Assembly (NCBI GenBank): GCA_048882385.1
Contig: JBHLRQ010000001.1
Coordinates: 13,340-77,339, forward strand
Direction: 5' to 3'
Source: Candidatus Thorarchaeota archaeon
GTDB taxonomy: Archaea > Asgardarchaeota > Thorarchaeia > Thorarchaeales > Thorarchaeaceae
Length of the DNA: 64,000 nucleotides
Made by a program: the position numbers and the translations under genes. Shown here in pieces: positions 8,530 through 18,059 of this stretch; within the stretch, counting starts at the first letter, position 1, and each line of letters opens with the position of its first letter. The notes under the pieces were generated by a model. That model worked only from the letters and a program-made list of their open reading frames with translations. It did not search any database and was not told the DNA's origin.

Positions 8530-10173
8530 CAGGTCATGGAAGAACTTGATTTCAGGTGCGCCTGTTTGAAGATTAAGAAATGTGACAATACCAGGAGTGG
8601 GTACAATACCTTGTTTTCGCATGAAATCTGTTTGTGATTGGAAAGTTCCAGAGTTGATTATCTGAACGCCTCGATAGTTGTCGACTGCATTATGATGTGC
8701 GTGACCAAAATGTACAACATCAGGTGGTGTATCAATGACCATCCAATCTCTATGGAGTGGAGCAAGTTCAGTCTTACCACCATATAAAGGTACCAAATGA
8801 CGTTTTCTGAGTAATTCTTTCATTGGTGACGCAGGTTCAGTATATGATGCTCCTGGAACGTTAGTCACCAAATCATCCATACTATCACCATGTGTCATTA
8901 AGACATTCACACCTTCAACAATTACTTGGCTTGGGTCCCCAAGCATGGTGATACGATTGCCAAGTTTATAGAGCGGGTCTGCAAATTCCGCGGAGATTGG
9001 AGGTTTGGGAAGTGCTTGTCTAGACGCATCGTGATTTCCAGGAATGCAGAATATTTTGACACGCTTTGGCAATTTCTTGATTTTGCTTGCGAAAAGAGCG
9101 TATTGGTCAAAGATACTAGTAATTTCCAAGTCGAATCTTTGAGTTGGGTATACACTGATCCCATCTACCATATCCCCAGCAATGAAAAGGTATCTGATGT
9201 TTTGTACAAGGTGTTTGTCAGATTCCTCCACATCTCGACCGTTCATCCAGTCAATGAACCTGTCAAAGTCATCTTCTAGGAATTCTTTACTTCCACAATG
9301 AATGTCTGAGATAAATGCAGCATATACCTCACGCTTGGCTCTTCCAACAGGTCGAGCAGTTGGTATATCAGGAAAAATCACATCATCAGCAATCATCCTA
9401 GCCTCTTCATCAACAAAACCAGATAGACAGACAACCTCATCCAAAAGAAGAGAGTTTGCTTTCTCAGCAAGTTGTTGGCCTTTCAATCCTTCCCGTGTTG
9501 CAGGAATGACACAGATTATAGTAGAGTAACGATCTTCAATCTGGTCATTAATCTCTACTTTCTCCACGTGCTCTAACTCAACTATTACATTCTTGGACCG
9601 GGAGAGGCTTTTGCTACTAACAACACCGAGTACTACTTGAGATGCACGAGCCGTGGTACGCATTCCCTCCCTGTTCATTGCTTTCCTTGTTTTGGCTGAT
9701 TCTTTTCTCAGTTTTGCAATATAAGGTGATACTGCATTCTGAGTATCAATACGACCCATGTAGATACGTTTAATGCGGTTGAAGCGGTCTGTGAACAGAC
9801 TCAGAAAATCTTCAACGGTCCCCTCAGAACCTACCAAATCCTGCTCAGGATTTTTCTCCACACGATAATCCCAAGTAATTCCTTCAATAAGAGATTCAAC
9901 ATATGATTTTGATAATACTTGAGGAAGTTCTCCATCTGTGTCGACTAGCAAAACAGTTTCGACTGCATTCATTGGCGATTCTTGATTTAGTATATACTCT
10001 AATGCATCAGGCGTTATTTGGAATCCAGACTCTATTAACAGTCTGAGTACGTCACGTCGAACACTGGATGTCAATGGGTCACCGAATGAAGAGAAGCATA
10101 CTTCTCGTTTTAAACATCTGCCATCTTGCACACTTGGAAAAATGGATACGCGGGAAATGTAATAAGCATCCAT
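8521..10173 (-). CDS. dp1: DNA polymerase D (Pol II) small subunit DP1, calcineurin-like phosphoesterase/exonuclease
   Basis: Phosphoesterase motifs (IFCIPGNHDASRQ, FIAGDMVDG, HFGHAHH). Typical DP1 N-terminal domain (LRLLIESGFQITPDALEYIL). Convergent with orc1. Confidence 0.85.
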   Translation of the reverse strand: MDAYYISRVSIFPSVQDGRCLKREVCFSSFGDPLTSSVRRDVLRLLIESGFQITPDALEYILNQESPMNAVETVLLVDTDGELPQVLSKSYVESLIEGITWDYRVEKNPEQDLVGSEGTVEDFLSLFTDRFNRIKRIYMGRIDTQNAVSPYIAKLRKESAKTRKAMNREGMRTTARASQVVLGVVSSKSLSRSKNVIVELEHVEKVEINDQIEDRYSTIICVIPATREGLKGQQLAEKANSLLLDEVVCLSGFVDEEARMIADDVIFPDIPTARPVGRAKREVYAAFISDIHCGSKEFLEDDFDRFIDWMNGRDVEESDKHLVQNIRYLFIAGDMVDGISVYPTQRFDLEITSIFDQYALFASKIKKLPKRVKIFCIPGNHDASRQALPKPPISAEFADPLYKLGNRITMLGDPSQVIVEGVNVLMTHGDSMDDLVTNVPGASYTEPASPMKELLRKRHLVPLYGGKTELAPLHRDWMVIDTPPDVVHFGHAHHNAVDNYRGVQIINSGTFQSQTDFMRKQGIVPTPGIVTFLNLQTGAPEIKFFHDLST

Positions 10174-10214
10174 CTGAACCCAATTGTCGACTTCCTTCTC
10201 CAGGTGAAGAGATT

Positions 10215-11195
10215 ATGGTTATCACAAGGACATTACAGCAAACCGGTGGAAAAACGGGAAGTTCATTTCTGATAATATTACCAAAGGACTGGGTAATCAA
10301 ACAGAAATTGAGTAAAGGAGATCCTGTGTTTATTGCTGAACGTGAAGATGGGTGTTTGATTATAGATCCCCGTTTTGCAAAAACTGGAGAACCAAGAATT
10401 ACTACAGCAAAGATTGAACAAAATCTTCGCTGGGAGATTACAAGTAGATACTTGCTTGGTTTTGATGAGATTCGTATTGTGAGTAAGGATGCAATCACAA
10501 ATAATCAGCGAGATGAACTGAAACGCATAATCAAGCGGTTTGTCGCTTTGGAAATTACTGAAGATGATGATGACCAAATTGTGTTACGGTGTCTTGTTGA
10601 CCCATCAACACTTCCTGTAAATACTGCAATGCGAAGAATGCATCAAATTACTTCCAGGATGATTGATGATTCATTGAAAGCATATTTTGCTGGAAATAGC
10701 GAAGCTGCAGAAGAAGTAGTTCAGCGTGATGAAGAGGTAGATCGACTATTCTTTTTGATTGTCAGAGAACTAAGGTCTGCAATACAGTATCCCAGAATGA
10801 GTGAAGCCATGAAACTTACTCCTGTAAAGGCTCTTGACTTTCGTTTGGCAGTCCAATACATTGAACGAATTGCTGATTTGGCTGTAGATATTGCACGACG
10901 AGTTGATGAACCAATAGACAATGCTCTAATCAAGAAAATTGAGCCAATAGTCACCAACGTTCTTGAAATGCTCTCAGATGCTGTGAAGAACCTGTTCAAA
11001 TTTGACCCGAAAAAAGTGAGCTCTGTAATCAGTGCCGAGGAACGTCTAATATCCAAGACCACAAAGCTTAGACAACATATCGTTGCCTCTCCAAACGGAC
11101 AGCCACAAACCCAAGTCTTAGTAGTAGATAGTCTACTGAGAATGGGTGAGGCTGCAAAAGATATAGTGGACTTGGCTTTACCGCTTCATGATTAG
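10215..11195 (+). CDS. PhoU-domain regulator with N-terminal AbrB/SpoVT-like swapped-hairpin domain
   Basis: N-terminus SFLIILPKDWV is AbrB/MazE-like, followed by two PhoU-like helical repeats. ATG at 10215 is preceded by an AGGTGA Shine-Dalgarno. The longer ORF from 10068 overlaps dp1. Confidence 0.55.
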   Translation: MVITRTLQQTGGKTGSSFLIILPKDWVIKQKLSKGDPVFIAEREDGCLIIDPRFAKTGEPRITTAKIEQNLRWEITSRYLLGFDEIRIVSKDAITNNQRDELKRIIKRFVALEITEDDDDQIVLRCLVDPSTLPVNTAMRRMHQITSRMIDDSLKAYFAGNSEAAEEVVQRDEEVDRLFFLIVRELRSAIQYPRMSEAMKLTPVKALDFRLAVQYIERIADLAVDIARRVDEPIDNALIKKIEPIVTNVLEMLSDAVKNLFKFDPKKVSSVISAEERLISKTTKLRQHIVASPNGQPQTQVLVVDSLLRMGEAAKDIVDLALPLHD

Positions 11196-12588
11196 AGGAA
11201 TGAAAATGACACAGAAACTTTTTGGCACATCCGGTATTCGTGGTTCTATCGTTGATAAGTCAACTCCAGATCTTGCCCTTGGACTTGGTAGGGCACTTGG
11301 CTCTTTTCTAAAAGGAAAAGGAGTTGTGGCTGTAGGTACAGATGCTCGAACTTCTCGAGAGATGTTAAGAGATGCTCTCATAGGAGGAGTGCTTTCAACT
11401 GGTGTTCATGTAGTGGATTTTGGGATAGCACCAATGCCTACGGTGGCATATTGTAGTACAATTGATGGAATTTCGTCTTCCGTAATTATCACAGCTAGCC
11501 ACAACCCACCGACAGACAATGGCTTCAAGTTCTTTATTTCTGGGCGGGAGTTCATCAGATCTGAGGAGGAATTCTTAGAGAATTCAATATACAATAAAGA
11601 CTACAAGATTGCATCTTGGGACAAAATTGGTCAAATCTCTAAGACTGACGTAAAGGCTGAGTACTTATCAAAAGTGAAAAACTTTCTATTGAATCGGGGT
11701 GGGTCAAGTAAAGGTACGAGAGTTTTGTTGGATTTGGCAAATGGCGCAGCAACAAACTATACTCCTGAATTACTTGAAGATCTTGGATTTTCTGTAACTA
11801 CTATGAATTCTCATCAGGATGGGCATTTTCCCGGAAGACCTCCTGAACCATCACCGCGGAATTTGGGTGACGCAATGAAAATGGCAGCCGAGTCTGACTT
11901 TGCTGTGACAATGTGTCATGATGGCGATGGTGACAGATTAGCAGTAATTGATGAAGAGGGCGAGTTTATCGACCAGAACCGTGTGATTGCTGTGTTTGCT
12001 AGGGATGAGGTTGAGAGAAAAGGAGGCGGAATAGTCCTAACATCAATTGATACATCTAGTGTGATTGATGAGATTGTCAACGTTTCAGGAGGTTCTGTGG
12101 TCAGGATGCCATTAGGGTCTCTCCAAGAGTATTTGGCAACTGAGAAAGGAAAGGATGTGATTCTTGCTTCTGAGCCTTGGAAACCAATATTCACGGAGTT
12201 AGGTTTGTGGATGGATGGTATAACAGGAGCAGGTCGCTTTGCACAGTTAGTGGATGAGATAGGTGATGGTAGTTGTTTGAAGCTGATGAAGACAATTCCA
12301 AAGTATCCAATTCTAAGGGATTTTGTTCCATGCCCTGATAAAATCAAACAGCAATTTCTACCACGAGTAAAGGAGTTACTTGTTCCTGAGATTAGTGGTG
12401 TGGAACAAGTTCTTGAAGTTGATGGAATTCGGATAGAGAACAAAGATGGTTCCTACGTGTTGGTCAGAGTTTCGGGGACTGAACCTAAAGCCAGAGTGTA
12501 TGTTGGTGCAAAAACTCAGCAGACTGTGGATAAGCTTGCTGAAACTGCAAAGAAAATAATGGGGCAGGTTTTGGACGAGCTTCAATAA
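11188..12588 (+). CDS. Phosphohexomutase (phosphoglucosamine / phosphomannomutase family)
   Basis: Active-site Ser motif TASHNPPTDNGFKF and metal-binding motif CHDGDGDR. Confidence 0.85.
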   Translation: MIRGMKMTQKLFGTSGIRGSIVDKSTPDLALGLGRALGSFLKGKGVVAVGTDARTSREMLRDALIGGVLSTGVHVVDFGIAPMPTVAYCSTIDGISSSVIITASHNPPTDNGFKFFISGREFIRSEEEFLENSIYNKDYKIASWDKIGQISKTDVKAEYLSKVKNFLLNRGGSSKGTRVLLDLANGAATNYTPELLEDLGFSVTTMNSHQDGHFPGRPPEPSPRNLGDAMKMAAESDFAVTMCHDGDGDRLAVIDEEGEFIDQNRVIAVFARDEVERKGGGIVLTSIDTSSVIDEIVNVSGGSVVRMPLGSLQEYLATEKGKDVILASEPWKPIFTELGLWMDGITGAGRFAQLVDEIGDGSCLKLMKTIPKYPILRDFVPCPDKIKQQFLPRVKELLVPEISGVEQVLEVDGIRIENKDGSYVLVRVSGTEPKARVYVGAKTQQTVDKLAETAKKIMGQVLDELQ

Positions 12589-12594
12589 ATGAAA

Positions 12595-12696
12595 TGGCGC
12601 CGGGGATGAGACTCGAACTCATGCGTGCGAACACAGCGGTTTCCTCGTAAAGTGGATATTTCGAGACCGCCTCCATAGCCACTAGGAGACCCCGGC
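12595..12696 (-). tRNA. tRNA-Ser (anticodon CGA) with ~18-nt anticodon-loop intron and long variable arm
   Basis: Acceptor stem GCCGGGG/CCCCGGC, discriminator G, encoded CCA. Anticodon stem GCGGT/ACCGC with loop CUCGAA and the intron at 37/38. Variable arm of 13 nt. T-arm ATGAG-TTCGAGT-CTCAT. Confidence 0.7.
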
Positions 12697-12745
12697 TTAG
12701 TCTGATTTCACTGATGTTAAGATATAACGTTAATTGTCTTTGTTA

Positions 12746-13087
12746 TCAGAATGTAATAATGGTGTAGCCAGCTTCAGCAAACTTCAGTAGATCACTATGT
12801 CCATTGAGCTCGCCTTTTAGTGGCACTCCTATTTTTTGCGCTGCTTCGGTTGCCGAGAACGCAGATGTACAGGCCTTACAGGCATGATCGATGATGCCTA
12901 TCTCCATGGCCTTGTCAAAGAGTGGGAGTTTGATAGTGCCATCTACTATTCCAATCAACAGCTTTGGAGAAGCACACTCGAGCACAGTTTTAATTTCATG
13001 CCCATTCTCATTGAAGTTGATTGCGTTTAGTAGTAAGTGATACAGCTGCATCTTATTATCATCAGTAGCTAAGAATAGGTATTTCAT
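12746..13087 (-). CDS. DsrE/DsrF-like (sulfur-relay / YchN-like) family protein
   Basis: Start at MKYLFLATDD; the pattern is consistent with the DsrE fold (GHSDLLKFAEAGYTIITF at the C-terminus). Weak assignment. Confidence 0.45.
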   Translation of the reverse strand: MKYLFLATDDNKMQLYHLLLNAINFNENGHEIKTVLECASPKLLIGIVDGTIKLPLFDKAMEIGIIDHACKACTSAFSATEAAQKIGVPLKGELNGHSDLLKFAEAGYTIITF

Positions 13088-13217
13088 TTCTATCTCAAAG
13101 TGCACAGAAATCAACAGGATATGAGGATTACTGACAAATTGACAACAAGAATTTAATCAAACGGGGTCCATACTATTGTTGGTTTTGTAATTCGATATAG
13201 GCTAGGATAAAAGAGAA

Positions 13218-13790
13218 TTGACTGAAATAAGAGATCAAATCAAAGCCAAAGTAAAAACAAGATACTTCATTAGAGAATCCCTTAGCAAGAGAGCGTTGCT
13301 TTATCGTTCACCAATCGTTTTGATTTTGATCTATTATGTCTGGATTCTAATTTCAGCTTGGAATATGTTTGACCTTTGGGGATGGAGTCTTGAAGAGGGC
13401 TTGATATGGTCAAGTGGAGGTCCAGGAAGTTTCATTCCTATACCAAGTGAACCGGGACAGATGACTGTAGTTACTCCGGGAAGTATGATTGACCACATAT
13501 TCTATTTGATTTTCATACATTATGGACTCTGGATTCTCTGGATTTCACTCGGCATCATCTACCTGTTTTCGCCTTACCGTCTTGAAAGGATTGTATCATG
13601 CACTCTATTGAAATGGTTGATTATAACTGAAGTTGGTTTCTTTCTTACAGGAAGATTAGTGGTAACAAATATGCATCCATGGGGATTACAAGTGTCTGTA
13701 TCAGCAATTGGTTTGATGCTAGTTGCAACTCTGATTATTCGACTTTTTGTCTGTAGAAGAAGAAGCTTTGAACACAGAGCAACATCCTGA
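13218..13790 (+). CDS. polytopic membrane protein, hypothetical
   Basis: About 4-5 hydrophobic helices; TTG start; no family recognised. Confidence 0.4.
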   Translation: MTEIRDQIKAKVKTRYFIRESLSKRALLYRSPIVLILIYYVWILISAWNMFDLWGWSLEEGLIWSSGGPGSFIPIPSEPGQMTVVTPGSMIDHIFYLIFIHYGLWILWISLGIIYLFSPYRLERIVSCTLLKWLIITEVGFFLTGRLVVTNMHPWGLQVSVSAIGLMLVATLIIRLFVCRRRSFEHRATS

Positions 13791-13850
13791 AAATAGGGAA
13801 AAGGACGAATTTAAGCTCATGAACTTCATGTTGTGCACTAGAAACTAGTA

Positions 13851-14699
13851 TTAGGTGACTTGGCTCGACTGCTTCGTTTCAAGTGATGAAATTGCGCGCC
13901 TAGTACTGATTAGCATATTATACGTTCTCTTGAGCGCTTTTTCAGCGTCAAAGAACCACAGTGTTCTTGCAATAAGCCATTTAATCTTGATTTCTTTAAA
14001 GCTCCGTGACAATATCGAGTAGTTCTTTTTCAATTGTCCTACCACTGCATTGGAACTGTTCAATTGTTCACGAAGCTTGTGGATTTTAACCTGCATTGAA
14101 TCTAGGTCCCTATTGAAAGTCTGTTCAACTGCATCACTAATGTGTTTGGTACCATCAAAATTATCGATTTTGAGACGAGACCAGCGAAATGTATTACTCC
14201 CAATTGAACGAACAATCTTGGAGAACTCACTCGAGTCGATCAACACCTTTTCATCTTCATTCCCTATAATTCGTCTTCGTTCCTTGGATCTGAGAAGTGG
14301 AAAAAGAATCACACCAGGTCTTAATCGAATTCCAGTTGTCTTTCTCACGAGTCTTTCAACACGTTTCTTCTGTTGCGCTGTCGGGTTCTTGAAACTGAAT
14401 GAAACTAATGAATAAACACTATTGGAATAAGAACCCTTCATCTTCTCTCTGACTGTGGGTATCTCCTTTGTTTTACTAAATGAAACAAATGATTGCTGCT
14501 GAAGGGTTGCATCGTGACTTTCTGAATATTCTTGAACGATAAACAAACCTCTCTTAATTCTTAATACACCTTGGAGACTGGAGAGCTTTTTTGATACCAC
14601 CTTCAAGCCCTCAGGGGTACCAAGTAGAATTACTAGTTTTGAATCACTCTTTAGTTCGGATTGCGCTGCGAGGATTCCATCTACACTGGCTTCGGTCAT
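13851..14699 (-). CDS. hypothetical protein, 282 aa
   Basis: Long ORF with no clear motif; basic and helical C-terminal half. Confidence 0.4.
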   Translation of the reverse strand: MTEASVDGILAAQSELKSDSKLVILLGTPEGLKVVSKKLSSLQGVLRIKRGLFIVQEYSESHDATLQQQSFVSFSKTKEIPTVREKMKGSYSNSVYSLVSFSFKNPTAQQKKRVERLVRKTTGIRLRPGVILFPLLRSKERRRIIGNEDEKVLIDSSEFSKIVRSIGSNTFRWSRLKIDNFDGTKHISDAVEQTFNRDLDSMQVKIHKLREQLNSSNAVVGQLKKNYSILSRSFKEIKIKWLIARTLWFFDAEKALKRTYNMLISTRRAISSLETKQSSQVT

Positions 14700-14964
14700 T
14701 TTTCAACAATCAATGATTTCTCAGGCATGAACAACATGTGTTCAAGATTCCTTGGTGACACAAGTGGGCGACTACAATAACTGTTAATATCTTTGTCTGA
14801 TATGTCTAAAAACTCGTATTTTATCAAAATACGTTGATATATCCCTAATCTGTTAATTGGGGTCATTGAGGTCTTTTTTCAGTGTTTGAACTGATATGAT
14901 GTTTGAAAAATAATCTAGACATACTTTACTCATGATGTGAAGAACTTAGTCGTGAGGTGACATC

Positions 14965-15045
14965 TATGCACTTCGATGATGAAGATGTGTGGGCTGATGA
15001 CGACGATGATGACTGGGACGACGACGATGACGACGAAGATTGGTA
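14965..15045 (+). CDS. micro-ORF encoding a 26-aa hyper-acidic peptide MHFDDEDVWADDDDDDWDDDDDDEDW
   Basis: ATG preceded by GAGGTGA (Shine-Dalgarno, 7-nt spacing); GAY-repeat coding sequence; below the 60-aa cutoff of the ORF track. Confidence 0.3.
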
Positions 15046-15097
15046 AGATCTTGTCATCTAGTATCTCCCAATAGCAATTCGTCCGACTCTTCCCAGA

Positions 15098-15178
15098 CAT
15101 GGATGTGATTGCTATGGCGAAAAAGAAACCAGCAAAGAAAACCAAAACTGAAACACCTTCTAAGAAAAAGAAGAAGTA
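15098..15178 (+). CDS. micro-ORF encoding a 21-26-aa hyper-basic peptide (MDVIA)MAKKKPAKKTKTETPSKKKKK
   Basis: In-frame ATGs at 15098 and 15113; stop TAG at 15176-15178; followed immediately by a hairpin plus T-tract. Confidence 0.3.
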
Positions 15179-15191
15179 GTATAACGAAGTC

Positions 15192-15229
15192 AGGGGAAGT
15201 TAATCATACTTCCCCGATTTCCTTCTTTT
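15192..15229 (+). terminator. hairpin (GGGGAAGT-7 nt-ACTTCCCC) followed by T-rich tract
   Basis: Perfect 8-bp inverted repeat at 15192-15214, then TTTCCTTCTTTTT. Confidence 0.35.
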
Positions 15230-15329
15230 TACTCAATCTATTTTTTATGTAGCCAAACAAGATGAGAAGCTTCATTAGAAACTTGAGTTGTTTTCGAATT
15301 TCACTGGTTATTTGGAGCTAATATGAAAT

Positions 15330-16886
15330 TTGACAGAAGAAAAAAGTCGTGAGTTGACAGCTGATGAAACGGAAACAGCTCTCAGCAAAATGGTCAAACA
15401 GGGAGTCACTGTCCAAGTTAAGAATACGCTTACTGAGAGCGTCTTTCTTGTAGGCTTTGCTCTTCTTCTCCAAGCTCCAAACACTGTAATCGGAATTTTG
15501 GCTGCAATCCCTTCTGTCACTCAACTCTTACAAATTCCAGCAGTATTTTTGGTTGAGAAGCTTCGAAATAGACGACGACTGAATTTTTTTACTCAGCTAG
15601 GGAACAGACTTGGAATTCTTTTCATGGCATTAATCCCATTTATTGCGGTTGGTGAAATTGGGTTAATTCTACTAATTGGCGCCATGATTATCCAAAGCAC
15701 CTTTACAGCGATTGGCGCACCCAGCTGGAATTCGTGGTTGACGGATCTAGTACCTCCAGATCGACTAGGTCAATTCTTCTCGAGAAGGATGGCTCTCACG
15801 GGAATAATGGCAATCATCGTATCACTTCTTGGAGGGTTCTTCATTAGCAGCTGGTTGGCAACCGCAAGTCCCGCAGACATAATATCTCAGTCATATGGGT
15901 ATTCAATCATCTTCTTTGTAGCATTTCTATTTGGACTGAGTGCAATCTACTATACAATGACTGCTCCTGAACCTCCAATGATAACTCGCCAAGAAGAAAT
16001 CAGCTTTTCCCAATTGTTAGCAGAACCGTTCCAAGATGAAAATTATAGCAACTTGTTGAAATTCTCAGCAGTATGGGCGTTAAGCACATCATTCTCAGCT
16101 CCTTTCTTCACCGTTTATTTATTGGATGCAAACATCCTTGGATTTGAGGTTGCGTTTGTTGCAGGATTAGTTGCCCTTACGCAGCTTACAAGTGTCATTT
16201 TCTACAGGTTATGGGGTCGACTCACGGATAAATTCAGCAATAAATCGATTTTACAGGTAACCATTCCATTGTTTGTTATTGGTACATTTCTTTGGACATT
16301 CAGCTCTATTGCAATAGAATATGGTTTTCTCATTCCTCTGATAATCATAATTCACATCGTCAATGGATTTTCTGCGGCTGGTGTAAATCTAAGTACTAAC
16401 AATATTGGAATGAGATTAGCCCCACGTGGACAAGCTGCATCGTATCTTGCGGCTAGAGGATCAGTTATAGCAATTATGGGAACGATTGCGCCAATCACTG
16501 CAGGAATTCTAGCAGATCTTTTTGCCCCACATACAATCGATTTGTCGATATCTTGGCTTATCGGTGGAGAACTCTTCACAATGATACCAGCATATCGATT
16601 GTCCGGAATTGATTTCCTATTTGTAATTTCGACTGTCATTGGAATATATGCCCTGCATCGAATTGCACTTGTAAAAGAGCCTGGAGAGGTCAAAGAAAGA
16701 ATTGTTCTTGATGCTCTAATAGCTGAAACAAGAAGAAATGTAAGAACTGTTTCAACTGTCGATGGATTACGCCATACCTTTCAAGTACCAATCAAGGCAA
16801 CGAAGAAAGGTCTGAAAAGAAAAAAAAACGAGGGGCAGCCAATACGTAAGGTATCTGACCATGATGGAGCTCAAGGTAAAGATTGA
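15330..16886 (+). CDS. MFS-type transporter (12 TM)
   Basis: Hydropathy and arrangement typical of the major facilitator superfamily. TTG start at 15330; an alternative ATG at MVKQG. An A9 homopolymer lies near the 3' end (16818-16826). Confidence 0.7.
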   Translation: MTEEKSRELTADETETALSKMVKQGVTVQVKNTLTESVFLVGFALLLQAPNTVIGILAAIPSVTQLLQIPAVFLVEKLRNRRRLNFFTQLGNRLGILFMALIPFIAVGEIGLILLIGAMIIQSTFTAIGAPSWNSWLTDLVPPDRLGQFFSRRMALTGIMAIIVSLLGGFFISSWLATASPADIISQSYGYSIIFFVAFLFGLSAIYYTMTAPEPPMITRQEEISFSQLLAEPFQDENYSNLLKFSAVWALSTSFSAPFFTVYLLDANILGFEVAFVAGLVALTQLTSVIFYRLWGRLTDKFSNKSILQVTIPLFVIGTFLWTFSSIAIEYGFLIPLIIIIHIVNGFSAAGVNLSTNNIGMRLAPRGQAASYLAARGSVIAIMGTIAPITAGILADLFAPHTIDLSISWLIGGELFTMIPAYRLSGIDFLFVISTVIGIYALHRIALVKEPGEVKERIVLDALIAETRRNVRTVSTVDGLRHTFQVPIKATKKGLKRKKNEGQPIRKVSDHDGAQGKD

Positions 16887-16931
16887 GAGATCTGAACTTT
16901 TTGGCAAAGTGAAGTCTAATGGAATAATGGT

Positions 16932-17019
16932 TGGTGCGGAGGGCGAGATTCGAACTCGCGAACTCCTACAAGACTGGGACCTAAACCCAGCGCCTTTGAC
17001 CTGGCTTGGCAACCTCCGC
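16932..17019 (-). tRNA. tRNA-Leu (anticodon UAG)
   Basis: Acceptor stem GCGGAGG/CCTCCGC, discriminator A, CCA encoded. Anticodon stem CTGGG/CCCAG with loop TTTAGGT. Long variable arm. T-arm GCGAG-TTCGAAT-CTCGC. Confidence 0.85.
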
Positions 17020-17121
17020 ACGAGTAAAATGTGAGAAACTGTGAGTGGATATAATGGTTTTGCCAATTACGACCTAAAGAACCCATGTTTCTGTAAAACA
17101 TGAAAGATATCTTTCTGAGGT

Positions 17122-17775
17122 CTAGCTGGAATTTCTATACAGATTCATCAAAAAAGGACGTCCATGACCAGGATAGACCATCCTTACATTTAAGCTCTGG
17201 ATTTTTGCGATGCTTTCATTGAATTCGTTCAAATCGTCTACCAATGAATTTGGTTCTGGCTTTTTTGTACTGGTGAATAAATCGCCACAAAAGAGGTCAC
17301 CACGGGCTGTCAATATGCCTATCGAACCTTTTGAGTGTCCTGGGAGATAGATGACCTGTGCATCAAGTCCGTATTTTGATAGGTCTGATTCTTCATCAAT
17401 CAAGATATCCGGTCTGAACCTAGTTATGTTGAAAAAAATGTTAATCATCTTCTTGAGAATCCAGTTGCCTGATTTCTTATTCCAAAACATATCACCAAAT
17501 TCAACCATTCCTGAATCATAATGATGCATGGCTATCTCAGCGTCGTATTTTTCTCGAAGATACACACAATTTCCTGTATGATCAAAGTCACCATGGGTCA
17601 AGAGTATTAGATTGAAATTTTCAGGGTCACATCCTGCAATTGTAAGCTCTTGTTCAAGTTTGCTTCTTACAGATTTCCTTCCTGTGTCAATTAAGACAAA
17701 ACCGCTGTCTGTTTCAAGAAGGTAGCAATTTCCAGTAAATCCTCCAAAAATGATTGTTTTGATATCTTTAATCAT
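17122..17775 (-). CDS. MBL-fold metallo-hydrolase
   Basis: Metallo-beta-lactamase motif HGDFDHTGN, plus LPGHSKGS and YPGHG. Confidence 0.8.
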   Translation of the reverse strand: MIKDIKTIIFGGFTGNCYLLETDSGFVLIDTGRKSVRSKLEQELTIAGCDPENFNLILLTHGDFDHTGNCVYLREKYDAEIAMHHYDSGMVEFGDMFWNKKSGNWILKKMINIFFNITRFRPDILIDEESDLSKYGLDAQVIYLPGHSKGSIGILTARGDLFCGDLFTSTKKPEPNSLVDDLNEFNESIAKIQSLNVRMVYPGHGRPFLMNLYRNSS

Positions 17776-17921
17776 ATAGATTCATGTTTCTCAATTATTT
17801 TGACAAATGAACATTGTGATTTCCACTATTTCCAAATACAAAATAATGTTCAAAATAAATTCCATGGAAACGAAAACGAGTAGGAAACGAATTCAGAGTC
17901 ATGTTAGCTGTTTTGTGTCAG

Positions 17922-18059
17922 TTAGTCTTCTACAGTTTCCCAAGCGTTGCTACAGCGTGGACAACGCCACTTCTTCCTATACTTGCCGCTCCCAAACATT
18001 TCCTTCCTAACAAGAGCGACCTCTTTGAATCCACAGCGAGTACAAACCACTTCAGCCAT
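17922..18059 (-). CDS. unannotated 45-aa Zn-ribbon micro-protein MAEVVCTRCGFKEVALVRKEMFGSGKYRKKWRCPRCSNAWETVED
   Basis: CxxC-x19-CxxC with a basic linker; below the ORF-track cutoff; divergent from rps3ae. Confidence 0.4.
   Translation of the reverse strand: MAEVVCTRCGFKEVALVRKEMFGSGKYRKKWRCPRCSNAWETVED

Noticed and set aside
10068-10214. 5' extension of the PhoU-like ORF, and similar long upstream extensions (S3Ae 17901-18233, kinase 40603-40719, HDAC 41595-41645, Hel308 44948-45046, RFC-S 47764-47859)
   Set aside because: The extensions overlap neighbouring genes or lack coding character. Internal ATGs preceded by Shine-Dalgarno-like sequences and matching known N-termini were preferred.
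13851-14699. Considered a Cas2-like annotation for the 282-aa protein (segment RVERLVRKTTGIRLRPGVILFPL)
   Set aside because: The resemblance is superficial, the protein is three times the Cas2 length, and no CRISPR array or other cas genes are present in the window.
14885-14960. Possible C/D-box sRNA (two ATGATG motifs about 40 nt apart), and a CTGATGA motif at 19342-19348
   Set aside because: No properly spaced D/D' (CUGA) boxes or terminal stem could be found, so this is probably chance. The first instance is more likely the promoter/leader region of the micro-ORFs.
14930-15145. 71-aa minus-strand ORF (MVFFAGFFFAIAITS...VVIVVVPVIIVVIS) antisense to the acidic/basic micro-ORFs
   Set aside because: Its hydrophobic V/I run is the mirror image of the GAY repeat. 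It has no Shine-Dalgarno or promoter-like sequence upstream, whereas the plus-strand micro-ORFs have a Shine-Dalgarno and a downstream hairpin plus T-tract. Kept as the alternative hypothesis in the finding.
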